A DNA stretch of 64,000 bases from Ktedonobacterales bacterium. Its GTDB lineage: Bacteria > Chloroflexota > Ktedonobacteria > Ktedonobacterales > JADMIN01. The notes beneath the pieces are model-generated. The model worked only from the letters and a program-made list of their open reading frames with translations. It did not search any database and was not told the origin of the DNA. The stretch lies in contig JAICVS010000001.1 of the NCBI GenBank assembly GCA_025935195.1, positions 44,518-108,517 on the forward strand, written 5' to 3'. The position numbers and the translations under genes were made by a program. How positions within the stretch are numbered: the first letter of the stretch is position 1; the number at the start of each line of letters is the position of its first letter. Below, one piece after another: positions 18,291 through 27,519 of this stretch.

Positions 18291-18494
18291 TCGCGTGCAT
18301 CTCGATAGGAGTACCACGATATAATAGATGTGGTATGCCCTCGACCGCGTGCTTCAGTCGCCGCCCACTGCCGCCCACATCTGTCCATATGAGTGAGCCG
18401 CGTGCGATTGCGATATGCTGTCAGCCGGAGTGCTGGGGTGGGGGATTGCCGAACATCTGATCGGGGCGCTTGGACCCCGCGAAAGGAGCTCCGA

Positions 18495-19448
18495 ATGCAT
18501 CCGATGAACGGCCCCGTGCGCTACTTCTTTCTCATCACACATGGCAAGGATGATGTACACAACTGGCCCCCCAAGCTCAATCCGCTGGCGGGGCCGGGTA
18601 ACAAGGTGTGCGCGGCGGTGCGGCTGCATCTGGAGAACATCGGCTGGCGTGCCGAGTGTGGCAACGCGGCCCCCGTTGAATCCGCCGGCACTGACGGCGG
18701 CAATGGCGCGACGAGCCTCGCGCTGCTGCTCACCCGCGACACGGCGCTCGGTCTGCTCAACGACGGCAAACGCGGCCGCGCCGAGGTAGACCTGCTGGGT
18801 GTGCGTGTCGTGAATCTGGACGAGAAGGGCGCCGACTTCGCCACGCACCTCGTGGTCGCGGCGCTGCCCGGCAGCGGGCTTGGCCCGCGCCGCCCTGTCG
18901 TCGTGCCGGTTGACGACATGGTGCTCGGTGAGTATGTCGAGCAGGGTGACCGCGCCGTGGCTGCCCTCGACCTGCGCATCTCCCCGAACGACTACGAGAC
19001 CATGCCGCCCTTCATGGGCGACGAGGCCATCGAGCGCCTCGCCAAAGACACCCTCGCTCGGCGCGTCTTCGCCTCCAACGCCTACAGCTACGGCCAGATC
19101 CGCCATCAGGATATGACCGTTGAGGTGCAGGCCGGACGTGTCTCCCTGCATGGCCGTGCCGCGCTGCGCTCAGAGGGCGAGCAGGCCGTCGCCGCGCTCA
19201 TGCAGACCCCTGGCGTCGTCGAGGTCGCGGATCACCTGCTTTACGTCGAGGATCTGCAGGAGAAGGTCGAAGAGGCGCTCGCGGCGAAGGGATTGGACGA
19301 TCTCACCATCCTTGTCGAGCACGCGCTCGTCAATCTTCGCGGCGAAGTGCCCGACACCAAGACACGCTACCAGGCTGAGGACATTGCCAAGCGTGTGCCC
19401 GGCGTGCGCGGCGTCGTCAACGACATCGTCGTCGCCTCGCCTGTGTAG
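18495..19448 (+). CDS. BON domain-containing protein
   Basis: Two C-terminal BON-like repeats: VEVQAGRVSLHGRA...PGVVEVADHL and VEHALVNLRGEVPD...VPGVRGVVNDI. The ATG at 18495 is preceded by GAAAGGAG. Confidence 0.7.
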   Translation: MHPMNGPVRYFFLITHGKDDVHNWPPKLNPLAGPGNKVCAAVRLHLENIGWRAECGNAAPVESAGTDGGNGATSLALLLTRDTALGLLNDGKRGRAEVDLLGVRVVNLDEKGADFATHLVVAALPGSGLGPRRPVVVPVDDMVLGEYVEQGDRAVAALDLRISPNDYETMPPFMGDEAIERLAKDTLARRVFASNAYSYGQIRHQDMTVEVQAGRVSLHGRAALRSEGEQAVAALMQTPGVVEVADHLLYVEDLQEKVEEALAAKGLDDLTILVEHALVNLRGEVPDTKTRYQAEDIAKRVPGVRGVVNDIVVASPV

Positions 19449-19512
19449 CCAGGGGCTAGCCAATCGCCGGATCGCGACGCGCCACAGGCACGTAGAGGCG
19501 CGGCGGCTCACT

Positions 19513-19905
19513 TCACTTGCCGTTGGGCAGGCGTGCCTCTTGTTGCTTGACCAGACGCAGCAGTTCATCAACGTCGAACGGCTTTTGCACGAAGCTCACG
19601 TGGACACCGTCTTCGGGCTGTCGCTGGAGCTCGCGGAGCGATTGGTGGTCGGCGGTCATGAGGATATAGGCGTGGCGCTCGGCGAGGCGGGGATCCTGTT
19701 TGACCGCGCGCAGCAATCCCCTGCCATCCAGGATCGGCATGAGCAGATCGAACAGGATGATCGCGTGATACGGCGTAGAGCGCAGCATCTCTAGCGCGGC
19801 CTGCCCATCCGGCGCCTCGGCTACGGTATAGCCGTGATCTTCGAGCAGCAGCCGCAGCGTCTCGCACGTCGCCTGATCGTCGTCAACCACCAACACCCAC
19901 GCCAT
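19513..19905 (-). CDS. Single-domain response regulator (CheY-like)
   Basis: VLVVDDD...ILFDLLMPILDG...KPF. The start is at MAWVLVV. Confidence 0.85.
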   Translation of the reverse strand: MAWVLVVDDDQATCETLRLLLEDHGYTVAEAPDGQAALEMLRSTPYHAIILFDLLMPILDGRGLLRAVKQDPRLAERHAYILMTADHQSLRELQRQPEDGVHVSFVQKPFDVDELLRLVKQQEARLPNGK

Positions 19906-20090
19906 ATCCACCCACCCTCGACCCCACAATTGTTCGCGGCTGTTCTCGCGGTTGCCGCGCGTGCTCGCGCCTTGCAGCCCTATGCGCAGTATACCATGCC
20001 TTAGAAGTAGCACGTGGCTTCGTCCATGCCACGGCGCCGCATAGGCTATGCCAAAGGCTAGTGCCATGATGGCGATTTAGGCCATTTGGG

Positions 20091-21041
20091 CTATGCCGTC
20101 GCGGGGCCAGCGGGCTGAGGCGAAGGTGCGGGCGTGGGTTCCGGAGCCGATTCGGTTGGTACAGGGGTAGGTGACGGGTTGGGAAGCGGTGTAGCCGTCG
20201 GCGCAGCGGTCGCCTGGGGTGTTGGTATCGGCTGCGGGGTAGGTTGAGGCGTCGGGACAGGGGTACGCGTCGGATCAGGGGGTGGAGTAGTTGTTGGCGC
20301 CGGGGTGGGTGAGGGTGCTGGGGTGGCCGTCGGCGCCGGGGTGGGTGAGGGTGCTGGAGTAGGCGACGGCGCGGGCGTCGGTGATGGCGCGGCCGTCGGA
20401 GCCGGGGTGGGCGATGGCGCGGGCGTCGGCGCCGGGGTGGATGTCGCGGTCGGAGCAGACGTGGGTGTCGCCACGGGCGTCGCGGTGGGTTGCGGGCGCG
20501 GTGTGCTGGTTGGCGTGGGCCTGGGCGTCACCGTCGGCTGGGGAGTATTCGTCGGACGCGGGCCCGCCTCGACGCCGGGGAAGTGCGTCAGCGACGAGCT
20601 GGAGAACGGCACCAGCCCACTCGTGAGCGCGCCCAGCACAGCGGCGGCGAGCAACACAACGGCGGCGATCGCGCCCGCGGCTGTGCTGAAGCGACGCTCG
20701 TGCGCGGCATCCACAAGCCGTTGCGCCCCGGAACGGCGCTCGCCGGGCCAGTCCGGCTGGGCGCTGGTAGGCCTTCCCACCAACCGCTCGCCAGGATGTC
20801 GCGCCTCGGGCAGCGATGGCAGCACAGGGTCGGGCGCGACATGTTCCGGCTGCGCGGGAGACCCCGGCCATGTCGGCTGATCTTGCCAGTCCGAACTCTC
20901 GTCCGGATACTCCGCCCAGTAGCGCGCGCCGGGCGGCAACGACGACGGCACAGTGCGGTCATCAGGCCACCACGACTGCCCCTGTTCCGATTCCGGCGCT
21001 TCACCTTCCGGCGCTTCACCTGGCTCCGGCCAGCGATCCAT
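20091..21041 (-). CDS. Hypothetical membrane-anchored protein with a long Pro/Thr/Ala-rich C-terminal region
   Basis: One TM segment (AIAAVVLLAAAVLGAL) followed by ~150 aa of TPxPTP-type low complexity. Confidence 0.5.
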   Translation of the reverse strand: MDRWPEPGEAPEGEAPESEQGQSWWPDDRTVPSSLPPGARYWAEYPDESSDWQDQPTWPGSPAQPEHVAPDPVLPSLPEARHPGERLVGRPTSAQPDWPGERRSGAQRLVDAAHERRFSTAAGAIAAVVLLAAAVLGALTSGLVPFSSSSLTHFPGVEAGPRPTNTPQPTVTPRPTPTSTPRPQPTATPVATPTSAPTATSTPAPTPAPSPTPAPTAAPSPTPAPSPTPAPSPTPAPTATPAPSPTPAPTTTPPPDPTRTPVPTPQPTPQPIPTPQATAAPTATPLPNPSPTPVPTESAPEPTPAPSPQPAGPATA

Positions 21042-21247
21042 CGCCTGCCCTCCATGTGTCCTTGGAACATCACAACGCTCTGCCGTAGCTCATTGCAGCA
21101 TGCGGGCCAACATCGCTGTCCCATGTTCTTCGCCAGCGCGTCTATACCTCGCTGGTGATCGGCTGACTGCTCGTGGCATGCCAATCCCGCTGATCGGGTG
21201 ATCGGGCATCTCGCTGGCAGGGAAGGCCCGCGTCCTTGCTCAAGTTC

Positions 21248-22660
21248 CTATGGTTCGTCCAGTGAATCGCCATCATCGGTGGGTGTCGGGGTGGGTGTCG
21301 GCAGGGGGGAAGCTGTGGGCTGATGGTCGGGTGTAGGGGTCGGCTCAGGCTGTGCGGTCGGCGTGGGCGCTGGCGCCGGGGTGGATGTCGGAGCGGGTGG
21401 GGCCGGCGTCGCGGTCGGCTGTGGACGCGGTGTTGCCGTTGGGATAGGCCGGGGCGTCGCGGTGGGGTGCGGTTTGGGCGTCGCGGTGGGGTGCGGTTTG
21501 GGCGTCGCGGTGGGGTGCGGTTTGGGCGTCGCGGTGGGGTGCGGTTTGGGCGTCGGCATTGGATTGGGCGGCATGGTTGTGGGTGACGGCCTGGGCTTCG
21601 GCGTCGCCGTTGGAGCGGGTCTGGGGGTAGCGGTCGGGATGGGCTTCGGCGTCACTATCGGCTGGGGGCGCGGGGTGGCCGTGGGCTGGGGATGAGGCCG
21701 GGGATCGGAGCGCGGGGTCGGGCGCGGAGCCGGTGGGTGATGAACGACGGGTCGCGGCGGAGGTGGGAGGACAACGGGCCGTGGGGTAGGAGTAGCCGCC
21801 GGTGTAGGCTGTGGCGTGGCCGTGGCCGCGATGGTAGGGCGCGGAGTGGCCGTCGCGGTGGGCAGCGTGCGTGAGGCAATGGTCGCGGTCGGTCGCGGCG
21901 CGGCCAGAAGCCCGTCGGCACCAGCCGCATCGGTTGGCGCGACACGGCCGACGAGCACGGCGCTGAGCGCGACGGCCAGCACCAGCAGCGACGCCATCGC
22001 CCGCGCATGAGGTGCCAGCCGGAAGTAAGCGGCGGCCGATCTCCCGCGCTGCCTGCCATGCCTCCGGTTCCGGCCAGAGATGATGGTGACGGAGGCATGG
22101 TAAATGGGCGCGAGTCCAGCCTGCGCAATACGGCGTGGCGCGGTGTTGGGTGAGCGGCGCACGAGCGTGACTGGTGCAGGTGGCGCGATGGATTGTAGTG
22201 GGTAGTGCGCGGCTGGCGCCGCGCGGCGGATGGAGCCAGCAGGGACAGGACGGCTGGCGGGAGCGAACGCGGCCAGGCGGCGTGACATGCTGGACGGCTT
22301 GCCTGGCGGTGAGGGCAGAGAGCGGACGATGGGCAGGTTGAGCAGGCGCGGCATAGCGGTGCGCCCCGCGCCGGGGATGACAGAGGCGGGAACTGGCACG
22401 GCGCCGAGCAGTGCGAGCACCGGGCCGGCCTCACTCCAGGTGACGGGGAAAGCCCGCAACGCCTCACCGTCGGTGGTGCGGATATAGAGGTCATGGCCGG
22501 TGGGAGTGCGGACACAGGCGGCGCCGGCGATGTGGGAGCGGGCCAGCGACCAATGCCGGGCGCGATATGGTCCGAACAGCGGGCTCAGGCTGACGCGGTC
22601 GGCGGTGATGTCGAGCCGGTCGAGTGTGCCGGCGATGCTGAGCTGCACAGGCATTGGCAT
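21248..22660 (-). CDS. Hypothetical protein: globular N-terminal domain, one TM segment, Pro/Thr-rich repetitive C-terminus
   Basis: The start is taken at MPMPVQLSIAG (GGGAGA upstream). The 707-aa track ORF extends upstream across the methyltransferase gene in another frame and is rejected. Confidence 0.5.
   Translation of the reverse strand: MPMPVQLSIAGTLDRLDITADRVSLSPLFGPYRARHWSLARSHIAGAACVRTPTGHDLYIRTTDGEALRAFPVTWSEAGPVLALLGAVPVPASVIPGAGRTAMPRLLNLPIVRSLPSPPGKPSSMSRRLAAFAPASRPVPAGSIRRAAPAAHYPLQSIAPPAPVTLVRRSPNTAPRRIAQAGLAPIYHASVTIISGRNRRHGRQRGRSAAAYFRLAPHARAMASLLVLAVALSAVLVGRVAPTDAAGADGLLAAPRPTATIASRTLPTATATPRPTIAATATPQPTPAATPTPRPVVLPPPPRPVVHHPPAPRPTPRSDPRPHPQPTATPRPQPIVTPKPIPTATPRPAPTATPKPRPSPTTMPPNPMPTPKPHPTATPKPHPTATPKPHPTATPKPHPTATPRPIPTATPRPQPTATPAPPAPTSTPAPAPTPTAQPEPTPTPDHQPTASPLPTPTPTPTDDGDSLDEP
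21453..21554. repeat. Tandem 24-bp repeat, about 4.2 units, inside the PT-rich CDS
   Basis: GGCGTCGCGGTGGGGTGCGGTTTG repeated head to tail. It encodes four (TPKPHPTA) units on the minus strand. Confidence 0.9.
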
Positions 22661-22772
22661 GGCATCGTCTCCCTCTCGCCGCACGCCCTGCGTTCCGGCC
22701 ACTGGACTGACCGGCGCACACAAGATCAAGCACAAACGATGCCGCGGGTACAGGCGGGCGCCAGCGGGATGC

Positions 22773-23534
22773 TCAGACGGCCGGGAGGGCGAAGCGGTGA
22801 ACGACGACGCGCACGCTGTCGCCGTCGGGCGGCCAGGCGCGCTCGTAGACGCTGGGATCGTCGCGCCAGCCGGCGGCCTGGGCAGCGGCGACGAAGGCAC
22901 GCGACACGCGGCGGCCCGGCTCGGCCAGCCAGAAGCGGCCGCCGGGGGCGAGCAGAGCGGGGGCGAGGGCGAGCAGTGGGGCGAGGTCGTCCTGTTCGTA
23001 GAGGACATCGGCGGCGAGGAGCAGGCCGAAGGGGGCGGCGGCGCGGCAGGCATCGCGGCCGGCCTCGGTGCGCCAGTCCAGCAGACGGGTGAGCGGGACG
23101 GCGCAGGCGTTGCGCAGGGCGTTGTGGCGGGTGAAGAGCAGAGCTTCGGCGAAGGTGTCGGCGGCGATGAGATGAGCGCCGCAGGCGAGGGCGGCGGCGG
23201 CGGTGACGCCCAGGCCACAGCCAAGCTCCAGAGCGCGGTGAGCGCGGGCGGCGACGGGATCAGCCAACAGAGCTTCGGCGAGGGCGAGGCCACTGGGCCA
23301 GAGCAGGCCCCAGTAGGGCATGTGGCGGCCGGCGGCGACGGCCTGGCGGGCTGCCGCCGCTGCGTCCGCACCAGATGGGGTGATCAGGGGCGGGCTGGGA
23401 GTGGACGACTTGGGGGGTGCGGCGGCGTAGCGGTCGAGTGGGGCATCGGGGTCGGCGGGGAGGGCGATGACGTAGGGATGGGCGGCACCGGGCAAGGGAA
23501 GCGTGAGGTCGCGCAGGGGATAGCGCGCAGCCAT
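22773..23534 (-). CDS. Class I SAM-dependent methyltransferase (protein-lysine-methyltransferase-like fold)
   Basis: YWGLLWPSGLALAEAL...ALELGCGLGVTAAAALACGA...LLAADVLYE. The start is at MAARYPL. Confidence 0.75.
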   Translation of the reverse strand: MAARYPLRDLTLPLPGAAHPYVIALPADPDAPLDRYAAAPPKSSTPSPPLITPSGADAAAAARQAVAAGRHMPYWGLLWPSGLALAEALLADPVAARAHRALELGCGLGVTAAAALACGAHLIAADTFAEALLFTRHNALRNACAVPLTRLLDWRTEAGRDACRAAAPFGLLLAADVLYEQDDLAPLLALAPALLAPGGRFWLAEPGRRVSRAFVAAAQAAGWRDDPSVYERAWPPDGDSVRVVVHRFALPAV

Positions 23535-23540
23535 ACGACG

Positions 23541-23625
23541 ACGGAGGGGAGCGAGGAGACGAAGAACTACCACGGAGGAAACGGAGGGAGCGGAGGCGAC
23601 ATGGAGGGTGGGAGAGATGGAAGAG
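23541..23625 (+). repeat. Repeat family D, copy 2 (degenerate)
   Basis: ACGGAGGGGAGCGAGGAGACGAAGAACTACCACGGAGGAAACGGAGGGAGCGGAGG, between the histidine kinase stop and the methyltransferase start. Confidence 0.5.
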
Positions 23626-23662
23626 TCAGGAAGATCAGGTGGGTTGGGGGGATGGGGTGGCA

Positions 23663-26635
23663 TCATGGGGCCGTGAGGGGATGTGAGGTGAGGGCTGGCA
23701 GCTCGCCGGAGTCGGCGAGGGGGCCGGAGGCGGCGGGGAGGGCGAAGGCGAAGACGCTGCCGCGGTCGGGGGCGCTGGCGTGGAGCCAGATGTCACCGTC
23801 CATAACACGGATGAGCTGGCGGCAGATGTAGAGGCCGAGGCCGGTGCCGCGGATCTGGCTGATACGGGCGGAGTCGGTGCGGGAAAAGCGGCCGAAGAGG
23901 CGGTCGCGCTCGGCATCAGGAATGCCCAGGCCCTCGTCGCTGACGGTGACGGCGTAGTAGCGGCGCTGGCTGGCGGCGGCGGTGACGGCGGGCAATGGTG
24001 CGGCGGGATCGTTCTCGGGGTCGAGGGCGCCGGCGAGCAGGTGCGGCAGCTCGAGGGTGGGGCGCTCCTCGATGGCGCCGGTTTCTGTGGTGCGTGGCGC
24101 GAGTGGGCCGCCGGGCAGCGTGAAGAGGCCGGGAGCGGTTTCATCGGCCGGAAGAGCGACGGGCTGGCAGCGGACGAGGACGTGGCCGCCATGGGGGCTG
24201 TATTTGACGGCGTTGCCGACGAGGTTATCGAGAACCTCTTTGAGGCGGCCGAGGTCGGCGTGCAGGTAGACATCGGGCGGGATGTCGGCAAGCAGCTCGT
24301 GGGTCCCGCCCTGGGCCTGCCCCAGCTCGCGGTAGGAGCGCAGCACGTCGTCCACGACGCCGGCGAGGCGGACGGGGCCGGCGTGCAGCTCGATGCGGCC
24401 GGAATTGAGGCGCGAGGTCTGGAGGAGACGTTCGGCGATCTCGGCAAGCTCCTGGGCGGAGTCGAATGATTTGCGCAGGAAGTCGAGCGCAAGCTCGCTA
24501 TCACGGGAGCCGGGGAAGTCGAGCAGGAGATCGAGGAAGCCCTGGACGCCGGTGAGGGGTGTGCGTAGCTCGTGGGAAGCCGTGGCGATGAAGTCGTCTT
24601 TGAGGCGGTCAAGCTCGCGCTGCTTTTGGTAGGCGCGCTCCAGCTCGACGTAGGTGCGGGCGTTCTCGATGGCCTGGGCGGCCTGGGCGGCGAAGAGATC
24701 GAGCAGCCAGAGATCGTCATCGCTGAAGACGCGGCGCTCGGCGTCGTCCAGCACATCGAGGACGCCGACGACCTGGCCGTGATGGATGAGGGGGACGGCG
24801 ATGACGGCGCTGAAGGCTTCGTCGTCGTAGATGGCGGCGCGGAAGGGGTAGGCGCGGTAGTCGTCCACGATCAGCCCTTGGGCGGTGGCGGCGACGCGGC
24901 CGGGCAGGCCCTCGCCGACGCGGATGCGGGCGCCGGTGTAGTCGCCGCGCAGGCCCTCACAGACGATCACTTCGAGGTCGTCGTGGCGCGGGTCGCGGGC
25001 GTAGACGGTGCCGGCGCGGGCACTGAGCAGGGCGATGGAGCGACGCAGGATGTCGGCGAGCAGCTCGCGGGGGTCGGCGCCGAGCTGGCTGGCGACGGCG
25101 AGGGAGGTGGCGTGGAGGGTCATCATCTGGCCGATGCGCTCCTGAGCGAGATCGGCGACTTCCTGGGCGCGCTGGCGGGCGATGACCTGGCGGGTGACAT
25201 CCACGGCGGCGACGAGGACGCCGCTGACGCCGTGGGAGCCAAGCAGAGGTGAGGTGGTGACGTTCCAGTAGGTGAGGCCGCGATCCTGCTGGTGGATAGG
25301 CAGCTCGATCATGGCCTGCGGCTCGCCGCTGGTGTAGACGGCGTCCAGCCGGAGGGCGGCGGCGAGGCGGGCGGCGCGGTCGTGTACGATCTCAGACAGG
25401 GGACGGCCGGTGAGGTGGGCATCGCTGGCGAGGCCGAGCAGGACGCTGAAGGCGGGATTGGCGAGGGCGATGAGCTGGTCAGGGCCGGAGAGGACGGCGA
25501 CGGCGACGGGAGTGTGGCGCACGACGGTCTGGGCGAGGGCTTCGTGGCTGCGGGAGTAGCGGAGCTGGCGGTCGCGGTCGGCGGCGAGGGCGGCGAGATC
25601 GCACAGCTCTTCGAGGACGGAGAGGTGGCGCGGGCCGAGGCGGGCGGATGTGGCGGCGGCAAGGACGCCGAGGAATTGGCCGCGGGCGCGCAGGGGGAAG
25701 GCGGCGAGAGTGCCAAGAGCAGAGGTGGCGGCGGGATCGCTGGGGGGAGGCGAATCGGCCAGATCAGCCAGATCGGAGGGAGTACTCGGATCGCTGGTCA
25801 CGTTGGAAGGGATGGCGAGAAGCTCCGGCCAACCGGCGGCGAGGGGATGGCCGGCGGCATCAAAGAGGACGAGGGGCTTGCGCGCGGCGACGACGTCGGC
25901 CAGCAACGGACCGGGGCGAGCGGGGATGGATGGTGAGGCCGGGCTGGCGTACGCCTGATGGGCGGAGGAGGCGAGCGCTGGGATGGAAATGGCGGCTGAA
26001 TCGGCTGCGAGTGCGGCGGGTGAGGGAGGGTACGGGACGGGGACGGCGCGAGTGAGGGCGCGAGCGGTGGCGCGCGGGCGCAGGGTGGGAAGCAGCTCTT
26101 GGCCGCCGGGGCGTGCGGTTTCATCGTCACCGCCGGGGACGGGATCGGCGATCCAGATCTGGACGGCGGCGGGGGCGAGGGCGGCGGCGAGTCCTTCGGC
26201 GACGAGCGGCGCGGCTTCGTCGAACGGGCGGTTGAGCAAGGCCTGGCGCAGGCCGGGAAGCAGGACGGCAAGGGGATCGGGAAGGGCGGCGGGCAGGCGC
26301 GGCTCATATTGGATGCGGGCGCGTTCGCCAAGGCCGGCGATGTTGCTCTCGCGCGGGCGGAGGCGGCTGGGCGCATGGCGGGCGGAGGCGGTGGCGGCGG
26401 ATGGTTCGGCGGGGGAAGTGGCAGCGGGCGCGTTGGTGGCATGGCGGCCGACGCGGGCGCGGGAGTTACGGGAATGGGGCGCGCTGATGGAAACGGGCGC
26501 GGCGAGCGGTTGAGCGGCGGAGGCGTCCTGGCTGGCGACAGCGGCAGGCACGGCAGGCACGCCGGCAGTGGTCGCGGGTGCGACAGCGGCGGGCGTACGG
26601 CGGTGGGTGGGACGCTGGGCTGGCTCGTCGGTCAT
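23663..26635 (-). CDS. Multi-sensor (GAF/PAS) histidine kinase
   Basis: H-box FIATASHELRTPLTGVQGF. ATPase N/G boxes LVGNAVKYSP and VSDEGLGIP...GTGLGLYICR. The start is taken at MTDEPAQ (26635). The track ORF extends to 27157 through repeats D3 and C2. Confidence 0.85.
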   Translation of the reverse strand: MTDEPAQRPTHRRTPAAVAPATTAGVPAVPAAVASQDASAAQPLAAPVSISAPHSRNSRARVGRHATNAPAATSPAEPSAATASARHAPSRLRPRESNIAGLGERARIQYEPRLPAALPDPLAVLLPGLRQALLNRPFDEAAPLVAEGLAAALAPAAVQIWIADPVPGGDDETARPGGQELLPTLRPRATARALTRAVPVPYPPSPAALAADSAAISIPALASSAHQAYASPASPSIPARPGPLLADVVAARKPLVLFDAAGHPLAAGWPELLAIPSNVTSDPSTPSDLADLADSPPPSDPAATSALGTLAAFPLRARGQFLGVLAAATSARLGPRHLSVLEELCDLAALAADRDRQLRYSRSHEALAQTVVRHTPVAVAVLSGPDQLIALANPAFSVLLGLASDAHLTGRPLSEIVHDRAARLAAALRLDAVYTSGEPQAMIELPIHQQDRGLTYWNVTTSPLLGSHGVSGVLVAAVDVTRQVIARQRAQEVADLAQERIGQMMTLHATSLAVASQLGADPRELLADILRRSIALLSARAGTVYARDPRHDDLEVIVCEGLRGDYTGARIRVGEGLPGRVAATAQGLIVDDYRAYPFRAAIYDDEAFSAVIAVPLIHHGQVVGVLDVLDDAERRVFSDDDLWLLDLFAAQAAQAIENARTYVELERAYQKQRELDRLKDDFIATASHELRTPLTGVQGFLDLLLDFPGSRDSELALDFLRKSFDSAQELAEIAERLLQTSRLNSGRIELHAGPVRLAGVVDDVLRSYRELGQAQGGTHELLADIPPDVYLHADLGRLKEVLDNLVGNAVKYSPHGGHVLVRCQPVALPADETAPGLFTLPGGPLAPRTTETGAIEERPTLELPHLLAGALDPENDPAAPLPAVTAAASQRRYYAVTVSDEGLGIPDAERDRLFGRFSRTDSARISQIRGTGLGLYICRQLIRVMDGDIWLHASAPDRGSVFAFALPAASGPLADSGELPALTSHPLTAP

Positions 26636-26736
26636 GCGATCCTCGTCTTCATTCGTGGCAGGCGGCTCCAGATGACAGTGTACATAGACGGGCGGCAGGG
26701 GGTCAACGCGGCTATGACTGGGGAAACGGAGAATGA

Positions 26737-26838
26737 ACCACAGATGACACGGAGGTCGCGGAGGTCGCGGAGGTCGCGGAGGACGAGAACCAACACGGAG
26801 GAACGGAGGCGAGGGAGGTTCACGGAGGAGGGAGGATG
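26737..26838 (+). repeat. Repeat family D, copy 3 (long variant with an internal 10-mer GGAGGTCGCG x3)
   Basis: ACCACAGATGACACGGAGGTCGCGGAGGTCGCGGAGGTCGCGGAGGACGAGAACCAACACGGAGGAACGGAGG. The GACGAGAACCAACAC(G/A)GAGGAACGGAGG block is shared with copies 4 and 8. Confidence 0.7.
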
Positions 26839-26906
26839 GGGCCGTGGAGGACGCCGAAGGCATGGAGGATGAGAGCGGATGGTGGGGGAGGGACGCGGAG
26901 AGAAGT

Positions 26907-27085
26907 TGACTGGGATGGTCACCATTGCCGTTTTTGCCGCTTTTCAGATTTTTATACGGCGAGGATGCGCGTGAGGGCTGAATTGAAGCGGGTTTGCTGG
27001 GATCGGCAACGTGATATGTGGTGGTATAGGTGGCAAAAGCGGCAAGAAACGGCAACATCCCCTTGCCGTTTTTGCCTACTGGGAT
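26907..27085 (-). repeat. Repeat family C, copy 2 (reverse orientation)
   Basis: The reverse complement reads ...GTTGCCGTTTCTTGCCGCTTTTGCCACC...GAAAAGCGGCAAAAACGGCAATGGTGACCATCCCAGTCAAC. ACTGGGATGG occurs at both ends (26908-26917 and 27076-27085). Confidence 0.75.
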
Positions 27086-27203
27086 GGCCGTGACGAGGGC
27101 GGAGAGGATGCCCGTGCAGGGACTGAAACCAGAGACGCCAGGAATCATGATGACCACCTCTCAGGCCGGTGGGATGCGAGCGCGCCACCGACGCCGCAAG
27201 GAT

Positions 27204-27232
27204 ATTATCGAACACTAATTCTGATCACGCAA
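27204..27232 (-). promoter_or_regulatory. Sigma70-like promoter candidate reading toward repeat C2 and the histidine kinase
   Basis: The minus strand reads TTGCGT, a 17-nt spacer, then GATAAT. This is a pattern match only. Confidence 0.35.
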
Positions 27233-27519
27233 GGAGGGAGACGGCAGGGGGGCATGGCTGATGAAGGTGCCTCTAAGCGCAAGTCTGCCCTAGCCGAGCC
27301 GTACTATAAACATGCGCAACATCAGTCGTCATCAGGAGACAACAAGGGCCATCTCTGCTATACTGGCGGCGAGGGAGAGGGAGACGGCGATGCAACTGCC
27401 GAGGCGGCTCGCCGCATACGCCGATCACGAGTCACGAGCTCACGAGAGATCGGCCGCTATGGAAGAGCGATCACGTCACGCATGCCCGTTTTCGAGATAC
27501 GCACAGGGAGGAGATCACG

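Noticed and set aside
22661-23371. The N-terminal 237 aa of the 707-aa ORF 21248..23371
   Set aside because: This part is Pro/Ser/Ala-rich and overlaps, in a different frame, a methyltransferase gene with clear SAM-binding motifs. A good ATG with an RBS exists at 22660.
26636-27157. The N-terminal 174 aa of the 1164-aa histidine kinase ORF
   Set aside because: The extension is translated straight through repeats D3 and C2, which occur elsewhere in other frames. MTDEPAQ at 26635 is a plausible start.
27254-27519. A small ORF (MADEGASKRKSALAEPYYKHAQHQ...) just upstream of the halogenase-like gene, considered as a RiPP precursor
   Set aside because: Third-codon positions are A/T-rich, unlike every confident gene in the window. 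The ORF reads through into the next gene's start region. The stretch looks like promoter or leader DNA with heptamer repeats. I recognised no leader/core peptide logic.
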